DNA from: Eledone cirrhosa
Taxonomy: Eukaryota
Direction: 5' to 3'
Length of the DNA stretch: 64,000 nt
Assembly: GCA_964016885.1 (NCBI GenBank)
Contig: OZ024740.1
Location: forward strand, 351,540,001-351,604,000
Shown: positions 48,743 through 62,386 of the stretch, piece by piece
Layout of the letters: the number at the start of each line of letters is the position of its first letter
How positions within the stretch are numbered: the first letter of the stretch is position 1
The notes under the pieces: generated by a model
The model's database searches: none
The model's input: only the letters and a program-made list of their open reading frames with translations
What the model was told of the DNA's origin: nothing
Position numbers and translations under genes: made by a program

Positions 48743-50357
48743 TTAATAGTTATTGAAATGGTTATTTGATTCATTTTTTCCGGTTATGTATTTTCCGTTT
48801 GTTCATACATTGCACTAAAGTGGTTTCAGACCCATGTAATTCAAAACACATTTCTTTGTGTGTTTATTTCTATATATTATATATATATGAAGAGGACAAC
48901 TATATTTCTTCTGTTTGACCATAATACTGCTTAACACAATATTATCTTACAAAAATTATTTTGCACAGCTATTTTCCTGTATGCCACTAGAAGCTGTTGC
49001 TGCCCTTGAACATCATTCACTAGCTTGAAATCCTATACATTATACTGTTGGAGAAATGTTCATGATGATGATGATGACTTTTTATCTCTAGTATTAATTA
49101 GGTCAGTTAAAATTACCGAGCCTACTTCATCAAATCATTGAAACAGTTCAAAGTCCATCATATAATATTCAGTCAATTGACCTAATTAATAGTGCAGGCA
49201 GTGCACCAAATGCACTTTGTTAATCTATATAAAAATCATGTGGTACTCTTCTATGTTGCTCTTGGTTATTAGGAAGTGATTTTTTTTTTTACAAAATGAA
49301 AATATGAAATCTGATACATATTTAAAAAATGAAATGATGCATGTCAGAAAAACAGGCAGCATTGTAAATAAGCTGTAAATATTTGGGGAAAATAAAGAAG
49401 TGTAGTAACTGAATATACTGTGTTGGACTATCAGCTCATAGCTTGTTTATTCATAGTTACTGTTTCATTGTTTAAAATCCAACAAGTTTTCTAGGTAATA
49501 GCAGCTAACTCTCCTTCATATCACACCCTATCATCTCAAAAGATATATTGGATAACATAGTCCTAGTTAATCTTCTGTCTGGGATATATTTTTGATCATA
49601 TGTCTGCTCAATGGAGGCTGAATTGGGGCTTAACAACATTACAGATTTTTATGGAGTACCTGTATTAAGTTCACTTAGTATTGAAGTGAGTTTATCTGTA
49701 ATCTATTTGATGCTTCAAAATTTCCAGATAAACATTGGATGCATAAGCTATTGGAGTTTGAGTAATTGCTTATTTATTATTAATATACTAAGAATGTGCA
49801 GTGGGATTATATGAAACCATTCCTTGTGCTATAAAAACATATCAAGGAAGCACTTAGCCTGTTAATACCCCCTTGGAAACAACATCAAGAAGACAAAACA
49901 AGTGAACTGCCTGGTTGTTAGTGTTAATATCAAAGCCGTAACTTGAGATAGAATTAGTTTGTATTTATGTAAACATCTTTCCAGCCAGTATTTTTTGTAG
50001 GAGATAAATGTAAAATCTATACATAATATAAAAGAGAGATGTTTGTTGGTTGTTTTTTTTTGCGCATCACACAAAAATGAAAAGTGACAATCGAAAAGTA
50101 AGTACAACAATGGAATAAGGCTATACCCAGGAAAGTTTATTGATATTAATTTTATAACATCAAAGAAGAAAAACATCCCAGGTATGCTAACAAACCTGAC
50201 TGCTATTTCCATCAGGTTGGGAATCAACCATAAGGGATTCTCTGTGCGCATTCGTTGTTAGTGATGATCGTGTTTCGCAGTCAGCGTCTCCGATTTGAAT
50301 GCTGGTTTACACACACAATTACACGCACGCACGTACACACACATTTGCATATAATTA

Positions 50358-50767
50358 TCTATATCTATATCTACATAAAAGATAATATAAAAAATTGGAA
50401 CTTCCATCATCCTTTTGAGAAATGTGGACCAGCCACATCTATGCAATGACACATGCTTTACAGTCAGGTGGAAGATGAAACTTCTCTTAGAGGTCACTAT
50501 CCTTGGAGGCAATCAACAAGGAGAAAATGCATTGATTTCCAAGATTCCTCTCATCCCTTCATTTACCGAGCTGCCATTCAAATTCTCAAGACTTCAGTTT
50601 CCTGTTAGAGCCAGTATTGCTATGACCATACAAAAAGCTCAGGCCTAGGGTTTCAAAGTTGTAGAATTGTATACAAGAGAATCACTTTTTACCCATGGAC
50701 AGTTATATGTAGGTTGTTCACAATTGGGAACACTGTTTACCCTGGCGAAGCTGGGTACATCAGCTAG
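50358..50767 (+). mobile_element. Internally deleted Helitron with PIF1 helicase remnant
   Basis: IPLIPSFTELPFKFSRLQFPVRASIAMTIQKAQ...FTHGQLYVGCS; 5' TCTATATC; 3' hairpin ACCCTGGCGAAGCTGGGTA plus CTAG|T. Confidence 0.85.
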
Positions 50768-52087
50768 TATGATATATAAAGTGATATAGTTTATATGAAG
50801 CATTGTAAGATGTGAGGTTAGGGTTGTTTTAGGAAAGCTGGTACAATGCAAGTTAGAAATAAAAGGAATGAAAACTACAGTAAGACAGACAAAACAACAG
50901 TTTACACTTTTAACTTGTATTTCATATTTTGGAGTCTGTAGAAGAGCTTTGCTTGTCATCACCATTACACATTTTCCTTTCTTTTCAAAAAGGAGTCATA
51001 GCCCTGAAATGCATAAAATATTGGGTAAAAATTTAAGCTGTTTTGTTTTATTTGTCTTTACTTTATTTTAGACTTCACTAACTTGCATTATACTGGGTTT
51101 TCCAAAACAACCATAATGTATAAATATTATAATAATATATTCTGGTAGATGATAGGCCATGAACATTGAAAAGCTACCTGCTAGTATACCTGGTGTGTTG
51201 AATCTGTAGCTTAGACTCAGTTACTGTAGATCTGCCTATCACCACTATTTCAGATATCAGGTTCATTTATTCAGCAACTTCCCATTCCATCAGCTGTTGA
51301 ATGGGTTAGGGGAGTTCCAAATAAGTGACAACTTCTTGAAATAATTTTGGTGTTGGTTGGGTGTTTATTTCCTATGTATGCCAAGTTATATTATATTTCT
51401 CACATTGCTTCTGATTAAAAGTACCCCCATCCTACTAACACATTCCAGTTTCTTACACATTGTTTCACTATTCTTCATTTTCAATGTATTTCATTCCTCA
51501 TTTCTTCCTTGTCTCATCTTTGCAAATTATAAATTGCCATCTTACACTTTTAAACACCCAATGAAGCTACCTGTTTATTTATTTATTCAGATATTTCTTT
51601 ATTATTGTGATTTTTCTTTGCTCTTTTAACAATCAATGTCTTCATTGCATCTTGCTAGTTGCTTTTTTTACATAGAAATTTGTAATTACTCTGACAATTT
51701 ACTAAATCTTGTGGTGTTCTAATTAACTACTATTACTGCCACTGCTGCTGCTACCACCACCACCACCACTACTACTACTACTACAGTACAATTGCTAAAT
51801 TAGTTACCTGTAAGTTAGAGACATGGTTCAGTCCCATCTGTGAGCTTGCTGTACTTTAAATGTTACAACTGCCAACTTTGCCTTTGCTTTTTAGTCTTCT
51901 GGAGATGCTAAAAAAACAAAAACAATCCAAGTACCAAGGCCAATCAATATAAGCAACTGTATCCCACCCAAAACAAAAATGTGACCCTGTGCTTATGCTT
52001 AAAAACAAATAATTATTAATATACTGAGGTTGAATCAACTGATTACAGTCTTTCTAAAAATGTGTGGCCTCATGCCAATGTTAAAAA

Positions 52088-52328
52088 TGATTATTATTAG
52101 TCTTACTTCTATTGCATATCATCACTGCATTACCAAGCATAGCTCTGTGTGCCTTGGGTATGTGTGGTGTTGATTTTGTCTTGTTGTTTCTATTGTATTG
52201 AGAGTACGTTTTGTAATGTGTGTGCAGTGCCAAGCAGTGCTGTTTTCTGTATGCTGTACATATTTTTAAGTCCTGGGGTTATGGTGATGTATCTGTCTTG
52301 CTTTTTTTTTTATCATTCCCAGAACACC
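52088..52328 (-). mobile_element. R4/Dong-clade LINE 3' end
   Basis: IIGVLGMIKK...PGLKNMYSIQKTALLGTAHTLQNVLSIQ*, short UTR and (TAA)n tail. Confidence 0.75.
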
Positions 52329-53639
52329 TATTATTCACATTCTTGGCAGTAAAATCTACTAATTCTCATTCAGACTTTGCTTTAAATGCAGTTAAGCCTC
52401 ATGAGATAAGTCAAAAAGTTGTTGATTTTACTTGCTTAGCCTTTTTTAAAAATTAAATGTTTTTGTTTGTTTAATGCCTGAATGACTTTCTCAACTGACC
52501 TTAGGTGATATTCTTATTTAATTTAATAAGAAACCTGTTGCTGGGTCATGTTTGGTAACCGTAAATATCTATTGATGTAAGCTATGTATCCAGGTTTTTA
52601 GAGTAGGTACACCATATCCCTGCACGTGGGAAGAGATGACTAAAAAGGTTGGTGTTAGGTTGGGTATCTAACTGTAAAATATTGCCTCAAAACATCCTGA
52701 CCTAACCCATGCCAGCATGGAAGAGTGGATGTAAAAATGATAATGATGATAATGTTATATGCTGTATATACTATCATTGTTGTAACAACTGTGGGAGACT
52801 AGTAAGTAGACTGGTATCAATTATGTTATACTGAAGTGTTTACACATCATATCTCATCTCATCTCTAGGAGTATTCAGTTCATATATGATATTTTATTTC
52901 CTGTTAGTACTTCATGTTAGGCTGCTGTATTATATTTACTGAAGTATATTCACCTAACTTTGTTGATGTTTATTATTTTACTGCATTCAGTCAGTAGATT
53001 GTGGCCATGTTGTAGTACCTCCTTGAAAGGATCTAATCAATTATATCAACCCATAGAGGTTAGGGTGTTTGATTAACAATCAAAAGGTCATGTTTGATTC
53101 ATGGACTAGGTGACATGTGTTCTTGTATAAGATGCTTCATTTCACATTATTCATAAGGCTTGATGTCCTATCCTTAAAACCAAGAAACCTGTGAGATACA
53201 ACCTTATAGGAGGTCAGCTAAGCTTGCATAATTGTGAGCTGTAAAAAAAAAAAAAATAAATAAATAAAAGACTCCAGTATTTATTTTTTCAAGTCTCGTA
53301 CTTATTTTATCAACCTATATTTCTTGAACTGCTAAGTTATGAGACTTAAACAAACACAGTACACAGGCATGTATTGTGTGGTTAAGAAGTTATCTTTGCA
53401 ATCATGTGGTTTGGTGTTCACTCCTACAGTATTGCACATTATGCAAGTGTCCTCAGGGTGACCAATGTCTTGTGAGTGAAATTTGGAAGATAGAAACTAC
53501 ACAGAAGCCCATTCTATATATGTGTGCTGGTGTGTGTGCGTGCTGCATCCTGCCAGCCCATCAGAAAGGTCAGTAGCACTAAGTACTGACTTGGCCTGTA
53601 ACAATCCATCCAACCCAAACGGATGCTAGTTGATTATAT

Positions 53640-53640
<1 letters not shown>

Positions 53641-53724
<84 letters not shown>

Positions 53725-53897
53725 ACACCACACCACACCACACCACACCACACCACACCACACCACACCACACCACACCACACCACACCACACCACACCA
53801 CACCACACCACACCACACCACACCACACCACACCACACCACACCACACCACACCACACCACACCACACCACACCACACCACACCACACCACACCACA
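53641..53897. repeat. Compound microsatellite (CA)n then (CACCA)n
   Basis: Seen directly; explains the CGVVW / HHTTP ORFs. Confidence 0.97.
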
Positions 53898-55705
53898 CAC
53901 GCACGCACACACACTGGTCTTATACAGTTTCCATCTACTAATTTCATGCATAAAACATTAGGTCAGGTTGAAGCTTGTGCAAGCTACTTGCCCATGGTGT
54001 CATGCAGTGGGATGAAACCAGAAAGCACATGGTTGCAGAGTAAACTTTGTAACCATACACCATGTCTGTGCTTAGTACGGTTTTGAATTAATAATAGTAT
54101 AATTATTAGTAAGATTAATTACTTATTTTATTAATAAAGTTTCTTAATTCCTTACACCCACCTTTTTCAGAAATAGTTATATTACTTAACTCTGTTGATA
54201 TTCGGGTAATTTTATTTTTAATTACTAACATATATTCTCTTAAGATATCTTTTATCAATTTCTTTAGCAGTTATTGTTTTCAGAATGTTTTTGTTTCCCA
54301 TGCCTTTGTTATTTTGATAATGTCCAATGCATTGTTTGAAGAAGAATTAAGATTCATGTCCACTCTTAAGACTTGACACCAAACCATCTCTAGTTCTTGG
54401 ATATAAAACTGTTAGTTTCATCTACAATCCTTCCATTGTAATTTTATGTAAGAAGCTTTGTTAAGCTATGTTCCAAATGCCAACTAAATAATGTGAAAGC
54501 TAGTTATGTTAGTAAATCTCCAAATTCTTGATTATTTTCAAAATGATTTGAAAATTTGGGGCTGTCTTTCATTAGAAATATGGTAACCAAAAAATTAAAA
54601 TTATCAAAGACATTGTCAGCATTTGTTTTTGAATGGATTATTAATGATACATAGTCTGAATGCACTTTTCTTAGTATTCACTCATTGAATGAGGTTTTAC
54701 CATCAGATTAGTAAAAAAAAATCTTTAAACATTTCAGGTGGAAACTAAATATGTAAATATGCTAATTAGGTGTGTTAAATCATTGGACTTCAGAGTTACA
54801 AGAGACCCTTGACATTTGCAGTAAACATCTGTAGATAACAGACCAAGCCTTGTTTAACTTGTTCATATTTTTTTCTTTTCTCCTCATGTTATTTTAATAT
54901 CTTGTAGTTATTTCAAGCTGTTTCCAACCTAATGAAACCTGTGGCTTAGTAGTATTGTTCTAGGTCTTGCTGATTTATGAGTTTTGGGTTTGAATTATGC
55001 TTGGGTTTATTTGGCCATTAATTCATTAAACGCCCCCCCCCCCCCCAAAAAAAAAGATAGTGATATATTGATGTCTATTTGAGTTATATCCCTTAAAAGA
55101 TATAAATAGCATAAGGTTTTTTTACAGCAGCATACATAAATATTTGCATACATTTTGAATTTTTGCAACTGATTGCAACCTTTTTGTATCACCTAATACC
55201 CCTAAGAAACACTTGAACTTAACAGAAATTTATAAAAGGACTATAGTCTTGTAGTTATGTAAATAGAAATATCAATATTCAATAAGCTAAGACTATGTCT
55301 TTACATTGCTACAGTAGCAATGACATTATGAAAGTCATTTTGACGAATGACTTCTTTTAACTATTTTGTTTTTGTTTAGACCTAAATTGCCACTACTCAA
55401 GCAAATTTATGATCAGACATTCAAGCCATGAACATCCTCTTTTTCAGGTCTAATGTATTCCAGACTACATTGTGTGGCCATTTCTTAAGATAAGATGTGA
55501 TATGGGGGAAATTTGGCTTCTATTTCCAGCAAATCAAGTGATCATTTAGAGGCTCCCTTGATAACTCCTTTTGGCTCATTTGTGGTTGTAAATAAGTTTC
55601 AATACTGAAGTCAAATCAAAAGATATCTGAAATGCTTGTGATTAAGTAAACATTTCAATCTAAGACTTTATAGTACAAGAAATGATTCCTTGCATCATTT
55701 TAGAG

Positions 55706-55915
55706 CAGTGGTTCTCAACCCTTTTTTGCCAACGGCACACCTTGGAACACATGAAAAAATAGCGGCACACCTGGCTAAATATATATATGAAAAATATTTG
55801 AATTTTACAAAATAAAAATTGGGATCACATGGTTTTTTGCATTTTCTTAGTGTGCTGTTCAAAATTTCATGGCACACTTAGAAAGATCTCGCGGCACACT
55901 GGTTGAGAACCACTG
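55706..55915. mobile_element. hAT (Charlie-like) MITE
   Basis: TIRs CAGTGGTTCTCAACC / GGTTGAGAACCACTG; TSD ttttagag / ctttagag; internal GGCACAC repeats. Confidence 0.9.
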
Positions 55916-56054
55916 CTTTAGAGTATCAGCTATTTTAAAGACATTAAAGACATTATAGAATAAACTGACTGAATTTTCAGAACACAGAGAACAAATGAAA
56001 TCTTAGAATGTAGTTATGCATATTATTTACAACCATTTGCAAGATGATATTTAA

Positions 56055-56702
56055 CCTTTCCATTACTATATTTCTAATGAAAGGTGCTACTGCCTATTAT
56101 TTTGAAATCACCATTATTTCTCTATAGATAGGTTGAACCTAACATGTGATCATCGTTAACAGATCTTGCTGTTGAGAATATGATATCATTGAAATTATCT
56201 ATGTATTTTAAGATGGCTATATAAGCCTAATTTTTACATAGTTAAATGTGAATTGGAGTGCAACTGGGTCAATGAGTCCTTGTTATCAGTCTGCTTCCTT
56301 CCAATGATGTCTTCTGTCAGCCTCCTCTTTAGTTACTTTCAAAGTCTCATCCAAGATAGTATTTTTTCCTTGAAAGCAGGCAGTTAAATGCATCAACCAT
56401 CCATGAGGAACCACCTGTATTCAATTCTTTAAAGACTCCCTGTAGTTGATCCTTGAACTGGCACCTCAGAGCTTCTACTGGACATGTTCCTTCCAGCAAT
56501 TTTCCATATATTTCTATCTACCAAATTCCACTGACAAGGTACTGATCAAACTGAGGAAAAGATATCCAAAATGCCATTTTCTAAACACCAGTTTCGTGAT
56601 GAGAAAGTTATGATACTAAATCTCTTGACATTCTTGATTATTTTCCAAATTATTGGAAAACTAAAAGCAATGTCTTTCATTAGAAATATGGTAATGAAAG
56701 GG
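56055..56702. mobile_element. Older piggyBac-like element
   Basis: TTAA|CCTTTCCATTACTATATTTCTAATGAAAG ... CTTTCATTAGAAATATGGTAATGAAAGGG|TTAG; related ends at ~58193-58432, ~60940-60977 and ~54565-54597. Confidence 0.6.
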
Positions 56703-58509
56703 TTAGAGTTTGAAAACAAGAGTTAAAAGACTAGGTTTGGATGTTGCAGTAGTGAGATAATTCAAAAGAGTTTTCAAGAGATTATGGTTAGCTAAATTCA
56801 TTGGCTATGGCAGTTTGCTTTGCTGCCAAAGGAAATCATTGGTTATTGATCATCATTTGTCTGTAACTTAAGTTAGGTGATGAATAATTGGAAACTTTGA
56901 GGTTAGTTAATGACCCATTGTCATTACTTAAAAAAGAAGTGATATTTGTGAACAGTTTTCCAAAGAGCAGTGATTTATGTTCATTATAGAGAGATTTATT
57001 GAAAAATATTTTAAGGTACTTAGACTGATAATTTGATTAAGACACTTGTGTGTGTGTAATGCAGATTAACAGATTGTCAATAAGAGGTGAATTTACTGAC
57101 TAGAAATAGTAGCCATGACACCTACCATCTTGAACAAGGAAGGGCACATTAGATAATGTATTCTTAGATATAACTCTGAGACTGGTGGGAGCAAAAGGTG
57201 GAGGAAATTATCCTCAAAATATAAACCTGGAGCGAATGCTTGCAACATAGTGGACTCTCCTAATGGTACCTAAGGGTTAGGGGATTTTGTTAAGCTGGGT
57301 GACAGATTACCAATCAAAGTAGACCACAGCATATTTGAACTCAGAACATAAAGAACTGGAAGAAATTCTGCTCTAACATTTCTGTGACTTCTTTACCCTG
57401 GACTGGCACTTTATTTTATTGATCCTTAAAATGATAAAAGGTAAAGTTGACATTGACAAGGTTTGAAATTAGAGCAAGATAACCACTAAATACTGCAAGG
57501 CACTTTGTCCTATGCTCTAACAACTATGCCAGAAACTGGTGTACAGTGAAAAGCTATTCAAGAGCTGAATGTCATATTTGTTTGCTTATGACAGAATCTC
57601 AATGAGGACCAACTATAGATTCAATAGGATTCTTATAAATGGGTATTTTATGTTTTAAATGTTAGTAAATTAAACAATTTATTTACTAAATGATTATTAT
57701 TATCATCAGCAATATTTGTTTTCTTTGTCATGAATAAGAAAAGTCTGTGGTACAGAATATTGCCTATTGTCTCACTTTTTCTTTGTACACATTCTGATAT
57801 GTGTGAGTGTGTGTACATGCACATGGGATGTGTGTGTGATTTTGGAGAGCTTGCATAGAAAAAACATTTCTCTGGTATAATGTATTTGTTCTTTCAGAGT
57901 AGTTTGTATGTGTTTTTTTTTGTTTTTTTTTTGTTATAACATCTGCTTGAATAATTTTTTTTTCTGTTTGGCTTCTTGTACAATGATCATATAAGAATGT
58001 CTATGTAAATTTCCTTGAATTGTTGCAACAGGTGTTTCCTGCCACTAACTTTTCAACCATGCAATAACTCCCACTTTTACAGCTTGATAGACCGAGATAA
58101 GTAGCTTGCTAAGGCGGGCTCTTGCGTCAGGACACAGGCACTCATTTTTACTAACATCCACCATCTGTTCTGGGGTTGTTTGGATGAATTAATCTTTTCA
58201 TTACTATATTTCTAATGAAGGAAACTATCTATGATTTTCAAACTCTTTCATTTTTAAAATAATCAAGAATTTGGTGAGATTTAGTAATATAATAAACTCT
58301 CTCATTGAGATGTTGTTTGTAACATAACAATAAAGGTTCTTACATAATATTATGATGGAAGGTTTTTAGATAAATGGAAACATTTTAAAAGAAACAATTT
58401 TCTATTGTGGAACCAGGGTGCTATTAAAAGGGTTAAAGGAAGAGATATCTACAGAAACATCTCATTTGCTATCTTACTAAATTATAAAACCAGCCAACCA
58501 AATATTTTA

Positions 58510-59300
58510 TCATCATCCTCCTTTTATGTCATCTAATTTGACTCTTTCCCTAATTAGTTGTGTTAATACTCTATCACTTTTATAACAATATCCATCAGTT
58601 TTATGCCTCTATAGTTGCCCCTTTTTTTGAGCCTCACTTTTCTTTGGTACTACTCCATTATCTGATTGACTATGCAGGTGACTAGCTTGACTCTTACTTC
58701 ACTCGATTATTTCAGCAATTATCTCTGATGGTCCAGTAGCTTTTCCATTTTTATTTCTTTGATTGCTTCTTTGACTCTGTAACTGTCAACTTTGGTAACC
58801 TGGTTTCCTGTAGAGTCTTCTAGGAGTAGTCCCTCTTGCTTTTAGCCATTCACCATAATCAGCCCTGTTTCATCTGAGCATTAGTAAGGTTAAGTGTGCT
58901 AGAGTCATTTCGAACACACTTTTTCCATGACATCCTAATTCACACAAACACTGCTTTTCAATACTGAACACCTCCCATCTCTAATCCATAGTCACAAAAT
59001 GTTTGCAAACCTCCTGCTTTCAGCATTGTTACATGCTGTGTAAACATGTCATCTAGCTTCACTTTTAGCTACTTGATATTATTTTTTGCTGGCTCTGTCT
59101 ACCATGCCGTTCCATCACCAGGTCACTGTCTCTGTCTACAGTGCTGTTCCACCATCATATCACCCTTTATTTGGATGGTGCCTTGCTCCAGCAACAAGCC
59201 CTGTCAATGGTCTGCAGTATGTTGTCCCATAACAATTTTCAGTTGTTTACTGTCATATGTATCTATCTCCTCCTCCCTCTTATCATACACATCATGTAGA
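58510..59300 (-). mobile_element. Old degenerate RTE fragment
   Basis: Decayed NYRGIK / IRERVKLDD and downstream-of-APE motifs on the minus strand. Confidence 0.65.
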
Positions 59301-59779
59301 GCTTTTCTTAATTTATATTTAATTGTATAGTGTATGTTCGTAAATATGGAATTATTCAAGACCTGAGAGTATATTGCAACTCCTATATTTATAATGGTTA
59401 TTATATTTTATGTGAAAGCCATTGTGGCTAATAAAAAAAATCAATATTGTTTTGGCCATTGGTATGTGGCAATCAATGCCAGGGCAGCACTTTCAAGCAT
59501 ATAGTCTTGTCCATCCTCAGTTTGTTACAGGTACTTATTTAATAGCTTTGTAGGATGAAAAGCAAAGTCAGCCTGGATATAAAACATAACTATGCTTTAA
59601 GGGACGTAACTAAATAACACAAGGTGCAAATTTGATCTAGAGGTGTATGGCATTGTGGTGGAATTCAGGATATAAACAAATGGTTGTGACTGAATACTGA
59701 AGGTTATTTTGACTGTTGCTCCAACGATTCTGTCATTGTTTTATTTAAAGGCATGCAATTTCTATTTTTTTAATTTTAG

Positions 59780-60046
59780 CTCAAAACCGCTATACCATTG
59801 AACTGAATGAAGTAATCGGAGTAACAACAGAAAAATATGACAGTAGTAACAATGGATTTTCAACAAAAGATTCAAGTACCCTCTTTATGGAAATGCAAAC
59901 ACTTAAGCCCCATGTGTTTTCAGTTTTTCACATCCGCAGAATCGGTCATCATAAGTGGCGTGAACGTAAAGTAACATTTCGCTGTAGAGACAGCTCAACT
60001 TGCCAAATATGGGTAGAATCTATCCGAAAAGGCTTATGCAACCCAA
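59780..60046 (+). CDS. CERK: Ceramide kinase-like gene, internal exon (PH domain core)
   Basis: Acceptor ttttttaattttAG|C and donor A|GTAAGT; 267 nt, phase 1-1. Encodes QNRYTIELNEVIGV...KPHVFSVFHIRRIGHHKWRERKVTFRCRDSSTCQIWVESIRKGLCNP, which aligns by eye to human CERK KPYAFTVHCVKRARRHRWKWAQVTFWCPEEQLCHLWLQTLREML. Confidence 0.9.
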
Positions 60047-62021
60047 GTAAGTACTCTTGCTTTACAACGTTTTGTTTTTTCAATTACACTTCTGCTGCTC
60101 TCAGTCATTAGACTGCAGTCATGAAGCACCACTTTCAAGGCTTTTCAGTTGAATATATTGACCCCAACATGTTGTTTACTATTCATTTCTTCTATCTCAA
60201 ACCATAAAATAGCTAAGTCAACCTGAGCATTGAGAAAAACAACTGATACAGAACCACAAAGTATTTTTTTGTCTGAGATGCTGATTCTAGGATCTTACAC
60301 CAATATATATACGCACAAACATATGTAATCATCATTTTTTTTTGTCTGCTTTTCTTATGCTAGAGATTTATTGAGGCAGTATTTCTATGGTCAGATGTCC
60401 CTCCTGATGTCAACCCCTATTTTATTTTGAAATATCATATTTATCAATGACCTCCATCAAACCACTAACCTTTGTGACATTAACAAACATTGCCACTTTA
60501 AATAGTATCTATGTATGAGGACACACACACACATGATTGACTTCTTTACAGTTTCTGTCTACCAAACTCAATTGCATGGCATTAGTTGACTCGAGGCTAT
60601 GATAGAGCACATTTGCTGAAGGTGTCAAGCATCATCATCACCATTAAATGTTCATTTTTCCACACTAGCATGGATTAGATGATTGTGCCTTGCTCATACA
60701 GAACTGTTTCTGGCTAGGTTTCTAGGGCTGGATGCCGTTCCTAACGCCAACCACATTTACAGTATGGACTGGGTGCTTTTTATTGTAGTACCAAAACAAT
60801 TACTTTACACTGGACTGGGTGCTTTTTTTTTTTTTTTTTTTTTTACTAAGCTGTGTTCTAAACAACAGTTCAATAATGAAAAAGTTAATTGCATAATAAA
60901 ATTCTTGATAATTTAAAGAATTATTTGAAAATTACAAGCAGTATATTTCATGAGAAATATGGTATCAAAGGGGTTAACTTAGAAAAGAAACATAAGAAAA
61001 TAAAAAGATAGGAAAAAGAATAGAAAAAAAAAGCCTTGAGGTTTATAAAAATTCACCAGTAACTAATTTTCAACAAATGTTGTGGAATTGTGTTGGTGAC
61101 CAAATTGCAGAAGTGCAACAAAATGTTTTAACTCAACTGTTCTATTAATAAACAGAAAGTGAATATGTGTTTAGGCCAAAATGACTTTTCCACTAATTCA
61201 ACTATTATTTTGTAAATGATACTCTTCATTATAAGCACTGATATTGCACTGTACTATTAATTTACTACTTTGCAAGTTAACTACTAAAAGTCAGTTAACT
61301 ACTAAAAGTCAAGTTTTCTATCTTGATCAGTAATTACTGAGTTTGTATTGGTTGTGTCCTTGTCTAAAGTACTAAATTCTTCTTGAATTCATTGCAAGTG
61401 AAAGACTAGTTAGCGGGTTTACAAATCCAGCATTGAATACACTAAAAATATAAATGAGGATAATGTAAAACAATACAAACTCAAACTATCCATTAACTCC
61501 AATTATCACTAGTCGTTCCAGATGACCAATTAGTTTATGTGAATTCTTTCAAAGCCCTATTTCATAAGGTCATTTGACAAAAAAAAAAAAAAAAGAGAAA
61601 AAATAAACAAACAATTAAATATAGACCTACTATTAAGTATTCTTTTTGTATTTGAAATCAGTATTCAGAAGAAAAATGTTACTGTTATTTTTGACTGGAG
61701 ACTGAATTTTGCACCAGCTAGACCAGATAGAATGAAGCATTATAAATTTGAGATTCTGTAACTTTTGGTTACCTTATACAATGTCTGTGGTCTGTTCTAC
61801 GAAAACTGACTGAAATTAATCAACACCAGAGTATTAAACAAATTAAGTTAGTTTGAATAAGAAAATATTGTTCTTGGAAGTCAAATTATAAACGTCATTA
61901 TTTTATTCTATGACATTAAATTCAAACATACTATCTTTCCTAGTTAAGGAAAAACCAACAGTCACTTAATCTGCTAGATACAGAAGCTAGATCTTCCACA
62001 ATTTCCATGATACTGTCTTAA

Positions 62022-62386
62022 CCCTTTAGCATTTAAATCAGTCGTATCCAGTCAGAATTCTCTGTTAAAATCCACCATTCATACTGATAAGGTATTGTTC
62101 TCAAAATAAATAATATCGAAATCTCATAGATTTGATATTATGTGAGATAAAGCCTATACTGTGAAAATATAATAGTATATATAATTGTTTCTACTTTTGG
62201 CACAAGGCCAGCAATTATCCCAGTGTATTACTGGTACTTTATTTTATCGACCTCGTAAGGATGAAAGGCAAAGTTAACATCGGTGGGATTTGAACTCAGT
62301 CCGTAAAGGGACGTAACTGTGCTGCAAAGCAAGGCGTCCGACCCTCTACTGATACTGCCAATCCATATAATGTAAATGCTGAAGGG
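62022..62386. mobile_element. piggyBac-like MITE (same family as 36536) with SINE insert
   Basis: TTAA|CCCTTTAGCATTTA ... TAAATGCTGAAGGG|TTAA; internal sequence is the reverse complement of the 36536 copy. Confidence 0.85.

Noticed and set aside
59887-60111. 74-aa ORF as a stand-alone gene
   Set aside because: It is part of the spliced CERK exon 59780-60046; residues after NP are intron read-through.
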